The position numbers and the translations under genes were made by a program. This document shows, one piece after another, positions 1-11,090 of a stretch of 64,000 bases of DNA (its first letter is position 1; each line of letters opens with the position of its first letter). The stretch covers positions 67,518,001-67,582,000 of the forward strand of contig NC_042997.1 of NCBI RefSeq assembly GCF_006345805.1. Reading direction: 5' to 3'. The notes below the pieces were generated by a model. The model was not told the origin of the DNA, ran no database searches, and saw only the letters and a list, made by a program, of their open reading frames with translations. This DNA comes from Octopus sinensis. Taxonomy: Eukaryota.

Positions 1-475
1 GTTGAATAGTTTTCATTGGTTGATATTTACTACACACAATAATATTCTGTGGTGTTCAGCCACCAAAACTAAATTTATGCGAAGGTAATGCTTTATAGAT
101 AGCAAATTCACAGCAGCATAGAAGTAATGGATTTAATGTTAAAAAGAATGAGATTTTGGTTTATAGGGAGTGAGCCACACTTCTGCTAATTCACTACCTT
201 CTTAAATGCCTTGCCATATATATATATTCTGGTTTCTTGCATTCTGAGCTCAATTCCTGCCAAGGTCATGTCAGCTCTGTATTCTTCTGTGTGTTGATAA
301 AGTTCCAATCTAGAATGATTGATTAACTGGGGGAATCATTAAAACGTTGGACAGGATGTCTTATATTACTTGTTTGGGATCTTTGCATTCTGTGTTCAAA
401 TTCCACCATGGTCTATTTGAGTGGTGGATGTAATCTGTCTCCTGGTTTAACACCAACACTTGTTTCTTGGGTGCT

Positions 476-683
476 TTAACCCTTTGCACAAGACATATTT
501 CCCTGGCATCCATGCATCATATATGATACACATTTCCAATTGTTTTTTTGGTCACCAAAGTAACTTAGTACTTATAAAAGGAAAGCTTTATATGTATGAA
601 ACAAGGGCTAACTAAAAGTCTGAAAATAAGCATGGATGTTTAGGGCAAACTTTTGAAAAGGCTTTGGACTGCCAAAGGGTTAA
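476..683. mobile_element. piggyBac-type MITE (TTAA ends)
   Basis: ttaaccctttgc ... gccaaagggttaa terminal inverted repeats with TTAA at both ends. Confidence 0.6.
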
Positions 684-1250
684 GCCCACTCTGTTACAAG
701 CATTCGGAGCTGGCCTCTGGTTTGAGGATAGCATTCCTTTCTCCCACCAATCTCCAGAGGCCCTGAAAAGGGTTATGGGCACTGCCCTTTCTCCAGACTA
801 AATGATGAAAAATTTTAGATTTGGTATTTAAGAAGTGGGAAAGAGATATAGTAAGGTTGTTTATATACTTGTAGAAAATTAATACTTTGAAGTGCTTTGC
901 ACTTCAGCAGCCTAGGGAAAGTGTTCATTGACACTGCAAGCTTGAAACTTTTCATGAACCAGTGAGGGGATCTATATAGTTGCTATGTCTGAGAAAAAAC
1001 TCTCTTATCTCATGCTCTGCCATCATAAAATAAACAAACACTGGATAGTGTTGAGATAGGTCTGAATAAAAGGCAAGATCACACTTTGATCATAAGTCTG
1101 CTCGATCAAGACTGACTTTGGATTAAAATTGTAATACTCCAAAATAGTATGCCATAGGTAGAAACAGTAGAGGATCAGATTATTCTTTGCTTTGCCTCAA
1201 TTGTGGTTTGTGTTGTTATAACAAAGCGAAGAAACAAAAAATTCTACACA

Positions 1251-1560
1251 AGGTACAGGTGTAGTAAGAAGCTTACTTTTCAACCACATGGTTCCAGGTT
1301 CAGTCCCACTGTGTGGCACCATGAGCAAGTGCTTCTACTATAGCCTCAGGCTGATCAAGGCTTTGCAGTGGATTTGGTTGATGGAAACTGATAGAAGCCC
1401 ATCATATCTACGTGTGTGTCTGTATTTGTCCCCTGCCACCATCTGACAACCAGTGTTAGTGTATTTATAAGTCTGGGAATCAATTTGTTTGACTAAAAAA
1501 TCCTTCAAGGTGGTACCCCAACATGGCCGCAGTTAAATGACTAAAACAAGTAAAAAATAG
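1251..1560 (+). mobile_element. tRNA-derived SINE (Octopus OR/OK-like family), degenerate
   Basis: Head gtaagaagcttac...caaccacatggttccaggttcagtcccactgtgtggcacc, core gcaagtgcttctactatagcc, tail atggccgcagttaaatgactaaaacaag; many related copies in the window. Confidence 0.75.
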
Positions 1561-2048
1561 AAGACATCGAATTTCACTCAATTTAGGGTTTAAAAGAAAC
1601 CATATGGTACACTAATGTGATCAGCCACATTTAGCTCCCACTCCAAGTTTAATAGTAACAGTAAACCATTCTCTAAACAATGGATATTTTGTGTATGAAA
1701 AGGTGAGTTATGAAGAATGCATCACTTGTGTAATAATATATAATATTAATGAGCTGATGTTAATGATATTCTATTATAGCCTAGGCTCACTTAATTAGGT
1801 TGCATCTCATCCATGCTAAAGGCACCCATGCTGGTGACAGGCAAAAGACACCCATGCCAGTGACAAGCAAAAGTACCTGTACCAGTGACACACAAAAAGG
1901 CACCTGTGCCGGTGACACATTAAAGACACCCAGTACACTATGGAGTAGTTGGCATTAGGAAGGACATTCAGCTGTGGAAACCAAACCAAACCAAACTGCA
2001 GCCTGGTGCAGTTCTCCAGCTTACTAGCTCCAGTCAAACCATCTAAAC

Positions 2049-2396
2049 CAGTGGTTCTCAGCTAGGGTCCATATAAGAGTTTTTGGGGTCCACACAACAA
2101 AGTAGTAAATTGGGGATTCACAATAGTATTTTAAGGGCCCTTGAAAAATTTTGCTTTAGATAAATTGGAGGTTGAACCATGTAAAATATTAGAGAAAGAA
2201 ACCTAACATTAGGTTTCTTTCTCTAATATTTTACATGGTTCAACCTCTACAAGTTAATTTGTGGAAAACAAAATAGGAATTTTTGAAGAAGTTTCTATAA
2301 ATCTAGTTTTTAAACATCAAATGGCTATGGGGATCCACCAGAATAATATAGGAATCAGAGGGGTACATAGTTTTAAAAAATGGTTGAGAACCGCTA
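2049..2396. mobile_element. hAT-type MITE nested in an RTE 3' repeat
   Basis: TIRs cagtggttctca / ttgagaaccgct(a); degenerate 8-bp flanks atctaaac / gtctagcc; the host repeat gtcaaaccatctaa|cccatgccag resumes after it. Confidence 0.65.
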
Positions 2397-3005
2397 GTCT
2401 AGCCCATGCCAGACTAGAAAACAAGTGTTAAATGATGATGATGATCACTGATATATTATTAACCTTTCATCAGTCTTTTTCAATGATTATCTGTCAGTCT
2501 TGCTTGTCACACTTAACTTTAAAAATAACTGTATCCTTCTAACATCTTACCAAGTCCTTCTGCTTTAAAACAGCAGCTCTTTGGAGCTGCTCTCTTTGCT
2601 TTTTTATGTATTTATTTATTAAATTGAGGATAGAAAGCAGGTAATTGAAAGATTTAAAAATTGTCCAATCTGTATCTTATTTACTTTATATATAGTTACT
2701 AAAGATACCAAATGGATATAGTATTGATCTACCAGCTCAAAGACTTAGATTCAAATTCACTGAAATGTGTAATTGGGAAAATTACATCAGGTATTTTACA
2801 TATTGTTGATGATATGTGTTTCAATGAACTGGAGCTGCAAAGTAAACTATCACCCAAAGAATCAAATATCCTGCTTTGAGAAATAATGAAACATTTCAGC
2901 AAAAGAAGTCCAGAACTTTGAGTTTCCAAGCCAAAAGCTTATCCACATGGGTATTGCCTGTTTTGTATTTTTTGAACTTACATCTTCTCTTTGTCTTTCT
3001 AACAG

Positions 3006-3069
3006 GATGCTATTGGTGAAATAGTTTTCGTATCGTTACCCGACATTGGCACAGAGTTAAAGATAGGAC
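3006..3069 (+). CDS. GCSH: GCSH internal exon (64 nt) DAIGEIVFVSLPDIGTELKIG
   Basis: Pyrimidine tract tctttctaacag|GATGCT; donor GGAC|gtaagt; phase 0 to 1. Confidence 0.95.
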
Positions 3070-6000
3070 GTAAGTTTGTTATGCATTTTTATTTCTGCTA
3101 TAATATTATCAAATGTAGAAGGGAATGTTTAGATTTTTTCACAATGCAGTAAGCCTCTGGCAAGCTAAGTCCACCACAATCTGATTATATCACTTGTATG
3201 AAGTATATATAATACTTGTACCATTGAGAGCTATATGCAGGTTAAAAATCACATTTACCTCACCACAAAAGTCTTAACCTTTAAGCACACTACATTTTCT
3301 CTAGAATTGTTTCCCCTGCCACTGCCCTGTTACTACAGGGGAGAAAACTCATACAGTGACATGATGCACCTACAGTGTGCAAGAGGTTAAAATTCATACT
3401 TACAAAGAATTGGTAATGGAAGACAGACTCTTCCACTGTATCCTCTCTGTGACACTAATGGAGGCATAGCAAACTGGAATTTAATATGCTTTATCAATAT
3501 TATTTATGTCTATATCTTCATGCTAGTATGTATTATACAAACCTGCAATTCAGTTTCCTTTTTTATGTCTTGATTCTGCATATTGTTTCATAAGCTAGAA
3601 GTTGAAATTTAAAAAGCAGTATTCTGCATACAATTACAACTCATACCAAAAAGAACTATTTTCACTGAAACACAGATAATTTACAAAAATGCAATAAGTA
3701 AGCTTGTAAATTGCTAAATTTACAAGTCAGTTGGTAAAATGAGGATGGAAGTTATATATCTGCAGTGAATAGGTAAATTCATATGTGTACTGCTTGAATT
3801 AGTGCATACATGGGTAAATGTGTCTGCATATGTATGCATAAGTGGTAGCTTACAAAATGTAACATTGTTGATGACAAGGATCTTACCGATCTCCTTCTAT
3901 AAATTTTTTGATGTACACCTAAGTTTGTTAATATCTGGCATTCTTCTGGATATTAATAATCTACTTGTCACATCAAATAATACATACTTCTGTATAAATG
4001 ATATTACACTTCAATCTTAACTTAATCCTTCTGCACATGTCATACGCTTGTAATCTGAATAATTCATGCCAATAATAAGTAGACTTGTAGACTTCATGGG
4101 CAGATACCTTACAGCTTTCTTTGAAATGAGATGTAACAATCTAGTCTCAGGCTATAGCACAAGGATTTGATCAGCGTTCATATGAAATAAACAGCTTTAT
4201 ATTTCAAGCTCTCTAGTCTTTAGTAATGTTGCCTCAATTGCTAGACATCACAATTTCAGATGATCTCTCAAAGTCAAGAAAAATCTGTCCAGATCAGGTG
4301 ATGTCCCTCTACAAAGCCTAGAGACACATTCATCATCATCATCATCATCATCGTTTAACGTCCGCTTTCCATACTGGCATGGGTTGGACGGTTTGACTGA
4401 GGACTGGCAAACCAGGAGGCTGCACCAAGCTCCGAGCTAATCTGGCAAGGTTTCTACAGCTGGATGCACTTCCTAACATCAACCACTCCGAGAGTGTAGT
4501 GGGTGCTTTTTATGTGCCACCAGTACAGGGGCCAGACAAGTGGCACTGGTATCGACCACGTTCAAATAGTGCTTTTTACTATTCTAGGCATTGCTTCCAC
4601 ACCTGAAACTTCTCCTCTAGTTCTGGTAGTGACTCAGCTATTAGAGCAATGTCATCAGCATAGAGGAACTCCCAGGGGCAGCTTGTCTTGAATTCTTCTG
4701 TTATTGCCTGGAGGACTATGATGATTAAGACGGAGCTGAGGACTGATCCTTGGTGGACCCCTACCCCTACCTAGAATTCTTCACTCTACTCATTGCCAAC
4801 CCTCACCTTATTAGCAGCATCCAAGCTTGTACAGTTCTCACTAACCACTCATCTATCCCTACTTTCTGCATTGACCACCAGATAAGGAATCAGGGGACCC
4901 TGTCAGGCTTTCTCCATGTCAACGAAAGCCAAGTGCAGAGGTTTATCTTTGGCTGGGTGGGATAGCTGTGCTGCTACACACACATCCGACACATCCTCCA
5001 AAAGAAAACCACTTATATCTCTACTACAGTGGTCTCTGCTTCTGAACTCGCTAGTTGCATACATACTACATTCAGGATGACTCATCTCTTCTCTCATCAT
5101 CCTTATTGTGTTTTACTTCATCAAATCTGCTCTAAAAATTTCACTTTATCATTTCTCTCTGAAACTCCAGTCCTCAGGAATTCCCTTTCTGCTCATGTTT
5201 TTTCCCTGCAGATGTTCACTGAACATTCATCACATCTATTTCACTGGTCTGGGAAAACCTACAAATGTAGGTCTGCTCCTATTCCTGTGACTCTATCTTA
5301 TTTATAAAAACAATTTACTACATACACAAAAATGGTTTCAACACTCCTCCTATGAGATTTTTTTCCTTACAGAGAACATCTCATATATATTTATTTTTGA
5401 CTTATATATATTCAAATTGGCTTGTATAAGTCTTTAGAAATTTCTTAGTTTTCTTTTTTCAGCTTTGATCCAGCAATGTATTTTTGACTTTTGTTCAACA
5501 AATCTAGCATGCTTTATTTAATATCAGTTTGATTTGTGACATCAGTTCGATATCATATTGATTTGATCAATAACATTGGTCCAAAAATGCCAATGTTCTT
5601 AACGTATACCTGCACTATTTTATTCCAGTACTTTCAGCTTGGTCATATCAGAATTTGGACTAGACTGTATATCCATCTCATATGTGTTATAGTCTTTGTT
5701 TACATCAGTAAGGCTTACCACTACTATTCAACTGTAAACGTGCACTTAGTAGCCATAGATATTATTTGCTGTTTCTCTTCGAATCAGTGTCTTTTCCTCC
5801 TAACATCTACTTCTTTCTGTGTCTGCATGACTTCATTGAAACAGAATTCTCTGTGGTTGCATGTCTTCCTGTCACCAACCCTCACCTGTTCACAAACAAA
5901 GTAATATTTCCCCTTGTCTATTAAGCAATGAACATGGAAGATTGCAAACAAATGTTGCCATTTTTATGGTTTTTATGTCAAAACAAGGGTAACATGCACT

Positions 6001-9000
6001 CGGTCATAAATGCATAAACACACACATACAATGGACTTCTTCCAGTTTCCATTTCTGTTTACCACAAGATATTGGTCATCCCATTACTGTGGTTGAGGAC
6101 AGCAGCTAACAGCACCCACACCATGAAAGCAGACTCCAAACTGTGGATCTGAAGTGAATTCTCTACCACACAGTAATTAATGCCCGTGGATGTAGTAACA
6201 ATTTAATTTCTGTAATTGAATACTTCTGCCACATACACAGCAGTGTTTAGGCATAAGTGAATTTTAGGTTAAGTAAAATATGTTTGTGACATAGTTCAAC
6301 TTCTAAATGCAAATTCACTGCAGTTACTGTGGAGAAAAAATTCTCTTATAATAAAACGTGTAAAACGCCATATATGTGTGTGTGTGTGTGTGTGTGCATA
6401 TACGTATGCATAAGAATCAGATATGTGATGATTGTTCTTGTCTAAGTATTTTCAGGATAGATTTTTTTCACTTGTCTTCACTCTCTTTATTTAATCAATG
6501 TAGAGCAGATTCCAGCTGTTCAGTGGTACCTTTACTAAAGATGCAGGAAATGAGTTAGTACTTCAGTGTAGCCAAACCTTTCAAACAATAGATTGACAAA
6601 GATGCTCATGCATGTGTGAAGTTAGACAATTAAGAATTGCTTTCTTCAGTCATAACCATTGTGTTTTCAGAAGTTAATTATAATGAAGATAAAACTGGGA
6701 TTTAGACATCTGATTGCTATTTCTACTCTATCTGTACTATCATTACAAATCTTATCAAACTATGCTTTTGTGACATTGAGTCTATTCCATTGCCAGCATA
6801 TGTTACTGATTATTTATTATATGATCATTTGTTAATTTCATTCTATTTTTATTCTTTTATAGAGCAGTGTGGTGAGATCGAAAGTGTGAAATCTGTGAGT
6901 GAACTTTATAGTCCCATGTCTGGAACGGTTATAGAAACCAACTCGGTTGTAACTGATGAACCAAGTCAAATCAATGCATCTCCTTATGAAAATGGTAACA
7001 TATTTTTGTATGAAACACTTTTTTTCCTTAGCCTTTCAACAAGTTATTGATATAGTACATTTCTCATTCTGTTCTTAAACCTTTTGACTGTTTCTAACTT
7101 TTGCTCATATATCAAATCCATCTGTTGTTTCACAATAAACTTAAGAACAAACATGATTTGTAAGGACTAACTTTTTGGTGAAAATTCTTTCTCAGCTCCC
7201 AAAATGTTTTTATTTCTAACTCCTGTTTTCAATTGTCTCAATCTCAGTCAAAATAAATCTTTGACAGTGCTGGATTTTGCCAAAGTTCTGCTTAATTCTT
7301 TTATTGCCAAACTGCTTGAAAATTTTGTTGGCTTATAACATCAGATTTTAGTTGTAAATATTATGGACATAGGAAAGGTGGTGAGGGTTACAAACACTGG
7401 AGTATAGATGACCCTTTTAGCAACCAGTAGGGTCTTGAAATTATATCAGTATTTGTATATATGAGACACTAGCAGTACACTATTAAATGTGTAAGAAAAT
7501 TATGATACCTTAGAGACCACCCCCTCAGTTTACTGAAAGCTAATATAAAATATATTAGAAACCAGGGAGACAACTATTGACTGAAGATATGGTGGGATAT
7601 AAAGGGCTGATAGATTTTCAGTTGTATAATATACCAAGCAAATCCACAAAATGAAGGATTAGAGTTTAGAAGATTTGTGTGGCAAGTACTGAGTACTACT
7701 GTAATTTAAATTTTTATATGGAGAGAATGGCCAGGATACAATGTGGTCTGAAAATTTTCATTTCCATGCTATAATCAGTGCTGTATATTAGTGTGCAACC
7801 AGATGAAAATGGCACACCTTGATTATATGGATGGAGTAGACAGGATGAATCAAATGATCAGTTATTGACTGGTTGAAGTTATGATACTTGGTTTAGTATA
7901 TAGTAAATATGAGTATTGTGAATGTGTTTTTATGATATACCGAAATAAGAGAGGCTCAAAAGCAATAACTGTTGGGAGAAAGGTAAAAAGCCTGCTGGTG
8001 GGATATTCCTCTGGATACAGCTGATTTACATAAGGCAGGAGAAAATCCATGGTTGCAAAAAATACTTCACTTCAAAAGCAAACAGTGACAGGGTTGCTAT
8101 TTGACCATAGAATACTCCTTTTATATGCCTTGTCCAACTAGTTCCATTATGAGAAAAGTGGAAGAGGAGGACAAAGATGATCTGTAAGCTACAGAACCTT
8201 TTATCAGCCACTGAACTATATTTATTGTCTTGTACAACACTGTGTGGATGTGTTTCTGCAGTATGATGCTGTGCAAAAATATTTATAGGTGCAGGCGTAG
8301 CTGTGGAGTAAGAAGCTTGCTTCCCAACCACATAATTCTGGGTTCATGGCTATAATTAAATTCAAATTACAATTAAATTTAAATGAAATGAATTCAATTT
8401 AAAATTATAGTCAATCTTCAGGTTAAGAATAATAGTTAAATAAATAAACAAATAGAGTTAAACAATATTTATTTAAAAAATAAATAAAATAATAATTTTT
8501 CTTATAGAAGAAACTCCATTAACTAAATTTGAAACTTAAAACATTAGGATCAGTTTCTTACAATACATTTATTATGTTAAATATTTAAGGTAAAAAAATA
8601 GAGTTAATAGATAGAAAAATATATTTATCTGTGAAGATATAATTTAGCTTAATAAAAAAAATTAATAAACTATAGAATATCTTTAACCTAGTTATACTCC
8701 AATATTTAATTACCAAACTATTTAACAAAACAATCACTATTAATATTTTTAGATTTTAGTTCGCATATAATAAATATAAAATAACAAATACATAAAAATA
8801 TTTAAATTATAATCAACAAATATAGTAATTAAAAATCTATATTTTTTCTATCAATAAACATATAACGAATAAATAAATTAGTCCATTATTACTTACATAA
8901 ATATAGATATCTTTAGAAAAAATTTATGAAATACAATTTAAGAATTGAAAATTTCAAATTAAAAACGTATAACCTATCTTTATAAAATACTTATTACTAT

Positions 9001-10395
9001 TATTAAAAAGATTTTTACGATCTAGATTGCAAAGTGACTAACTAATATCTTAAAATTTACATTCGGATATAATAATTATAAACTAATAATAATTAAATAA
9101 ATGTACATATGTACAGAATTTATACGTTTTCTCAATTGCTTTAGTAATGTAAGTAAAACTGGCAAATGAAACTGGGGTTGCAGACAGTTTGCCAAGAACC
9201 ATTCTTTCATTGCCAATGGAATATAGTTGGCAGAATTTTTGAGACCTTATTCTATTGAAAGGGTTTGTATCTGTCAACTATATGACACTATCTTTGACAA
9301 AGGGGACCTGAGTGTCCCTGTCGACTAACTGAATATAGTTGTTGTGTGTAGAGAGAGATAGAGTGAGTTTACTTGTGAAAGCAGCATTAGTTAGTATACA
9401 ACTGCTTTTGTTATCTTGCTCAAATCTTCTACATTCCGTCTGATTTTTCTGTCTCTTGTTATCTTTTATCCACTTCATATTCTGAAAGAGATAACCTTCA
9501 ACACTCAGCTAGGTTACCTACTTAAAAAGATCTTATTCAAATTGGTTTCTTCAACTCTTTCCTCCTCACCAGCACCACCATGCACACACACTCTTGATTC
9601 AATGAAGAAGTCTCCACATGGTTGTTTGACTCATTAAAATAGCAGTCAAATCTCCTTCAAATTACATCTCACTGTCTAGGAAAAGGATATATTTGATGAT
9701 ATGATCTTTGGTTCTTTGCACATAGGAAAAAGATGAGATTGTTACTGCTGAAATGGTTCTGATCAGAAGTTTGCCTGGTCAAGGCTACTTGAGGTTAAAC
9801 AAAAATCTACTGGTGTTCTAAATATCTTTCATTGTTCTCACTTTAAATTCTGCAGGAATCCTCTACATAATTTTTAATCATATACTGATGGGTGTCCTTA
9901 GTTATGTGTTGACTGAACTAGCTGGGGAACAAAATGTAGAAAGAAAAAACTAAAAGATTACCAAGACTTCATTTGTATGCATAAGAAAAAGTTGAAATGC
10001 AGAGTCAGCCCTCTTCTATTTCATTACCTCTAAAATGGTGAAATATTTCCTTACATAAGACACAAAGCCAGAAGTTTATGGAGAAAGGACAATTATATTT
10101 CCCCAATTCTTGACTTGTACTTCAATTTATTGACCTTGGATTGATTAGAAGCAAAGGTTAACTTCAGCATAACATAAAAGAGCAGGAACAAATAGTGCAT
10201 TTTGTAATTTAGTCATATGATGTGATATGTTATGAAGATAGTGTAGGGAAAACACTAAATTTGTTTTTAATGTTCCTTACTCCTTTTATAATTTCAGGGT
10301 GGTTGATGAAGATTGAGGTGAGTGACAAAAATGAATCAAATGAGTTGATGCCAGAAACTGCCTACCAAGAATTCTTAACAACATTTGAACACTAA
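3006..10395 (+). CDS. GCSH: Glycine cleavage system H protein, mitochondrial; partial gene, last 3 exons (join 3006-3069, 6863-6994, 10298-10395)
   Basis: Spliced translation DAIGEIVFVSLPDIGTELKIGQQCGEIESVKSVSELYSPMSGTVIETNSVVTDEPSQINASPYENGWLMKIEVSDKNESNELMPETAYQEFLTTFEH* matches the H-protein family (ESVK lipoyl-Lys, SPxSG, PYxxGWL). All junctions are AG/GT with consistent phase. Exon sizes 64/132/98 equal human GCSH exons 3-5 as I recall them. Exons 1-2 were not found in 1-3005. Confidence 0.96.
3274..3390. mobile_element. Short TTAA-ended MITE
   Basis: ttaacctttaagcacact ... agtgtgcaagaggttaa imperfect TIRs. Confidence 0.45.
4329..5110 (-). mobile_element. RTE-clade LINE fragment (RT domain plus (GAT)n tail)
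   Basis: Minus-strand translation contains LAFVDMEKA, GVGVHQGSVLSP and LYADD (YADD at ~4651-4662); tail catcatcatcgtttaacgtccgctttcc at 4330-4370. Confidence 0.85.
6863..6994 (+). CDS. GCSH: GCSH exon (132 nt) with lipoyl attachment motif ESVK
   Basis: Acceptor cttttatag|AGCAG; donor AATG|gtaaca; lies inside ORF-track entry 6790..7050. Confidence 0.96.
7075..8290 (+). pseudogene. Decayed piggyBac transposase fossil in a GCSH intron
   Basis: HWSIDD (~7404), TID/EDMVGYKG...YNIPSKSTK (~7573-7650) and YMDGVDRMNQMISY (7824-) resemble piggyBac WSxD, IDExMxxYKGR/YIPxKPxK and MGGVDxxDQ motifs; ttaaaccttt at 7075; frameshifts and stops throughout. Confidence 0.65.
8347..9110. other. Extremely AT-rich, non-tandem block of unknown origin
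   Basis: Hand count about 107 G+C in 660 nt (8401-9060), ~16% GC; starts abruptly where a SINE head (8289-8346) is cut off. Confidence 0.6.
10298..10395 (+). CDS. GCSH: GCSH terminal coding exon (98 nt) GWLMKIEV...FEH*
   Basis: Acceptor atttcag|GGTGG; stop TAA at 10393-10395. Confidence 0.95.
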
Positions 10396-10560
10396 GAGGA
10401 ATAAAGAAATCAAGAGAATAAGGAACTCAGGGACATCAGAGTAGAGTTGCTGTAATTTCAGTCATATTATTTGTTCATCTTGATTATTATATTGTGTATC
10501 TGTAATCTGGAATGTTCTCTGCAGAATTATTTTAAAATGAACCTTATATGACTTTTAAGT

Positions 10561-10600
10561 ATTAAAACAAAATTATAAGAAAATTGTTGTTGTGTTGTTG
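10561..10600 (+). promoter_or_regulatory. Probable GCSH polyadenylation signal
   Basis: ATTAAA at 10561-10566, followed about 20 nt later by GU-rich ttgttgttgtgttgttg; TGTA motifs upstream near 10495-10505. Confidence 0.5.
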
Positions 10601-10934
10601 AACAATCTTGGTTTGCCATCATTTTAATGCCTACTTTTCTATGCCTGCATGGGTTGAATGGAATTTATTGTGGAGTTTCAACAGTTGGTTGACCTTCCTC
10701 ACCAGTTTCTAAGTAAATTAATATTTCCCTGTGATCAGTCAAGTCCTTGGAGGATTAGAAATGAAGGACAGCACTTGCATGATGATGATACTTATTCAAG
10801 ATTACCATGCAGTATTAAGGCAAGGAGACAGTAACACACAGTGCAGGCCCCTGGTTTTGTTAGTTCCTGTCAAGCTATCCAACCCATGCCAGCATGGAAA
10901 ACAGACGTTAAATGTGGTTGATGCTGCTGATGAT

Positions 10935-11090
10935 GATAACTGGCTTCTTTCGGTTTCTGTCTACCAAATTCACTCAAAGCTTTGGTCTGCCCAGGGCTAT
11001 AGTAGAAGACATATTCACTTTGGTGCCGTGCAGTGGGTCTGAACCCAGAACCATGAGGTTGGGAAGCAAACTTCTTACCACACAGCTTAC
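10935..11090 (-). mobile_element. tRNA-derived SINE, 5' half
   Basis: ggcttctttcggtttctgtctaccaaattcactcaaagc...gggaagcaaacttcttaccacacagc, the reverse complement of the head and core. Confidence 0.7.

Noticed and set aside
1680-1710. AAG|gtgagt donor as GCSH exon 2
   Set aside because: No KHEW or GI(S/T)xxAQ coding sequence upstream
8347-9110. Reading the AT-rich block as a ciliate-code (TAA/TAG=Gln) gene
   Set aside because: G+C is spread evenly over the three codon positions in my hand count, TGA stops remain, and any frame looks open once TAA/TAG are reassigned
8347-9110. Calling the block a mitochondrial 16S/12S rRNA NUMT
   Set aside because: None of the conserved rRNA motifs is present on either strand, and weak similarities are explained by AT richness; origin left open
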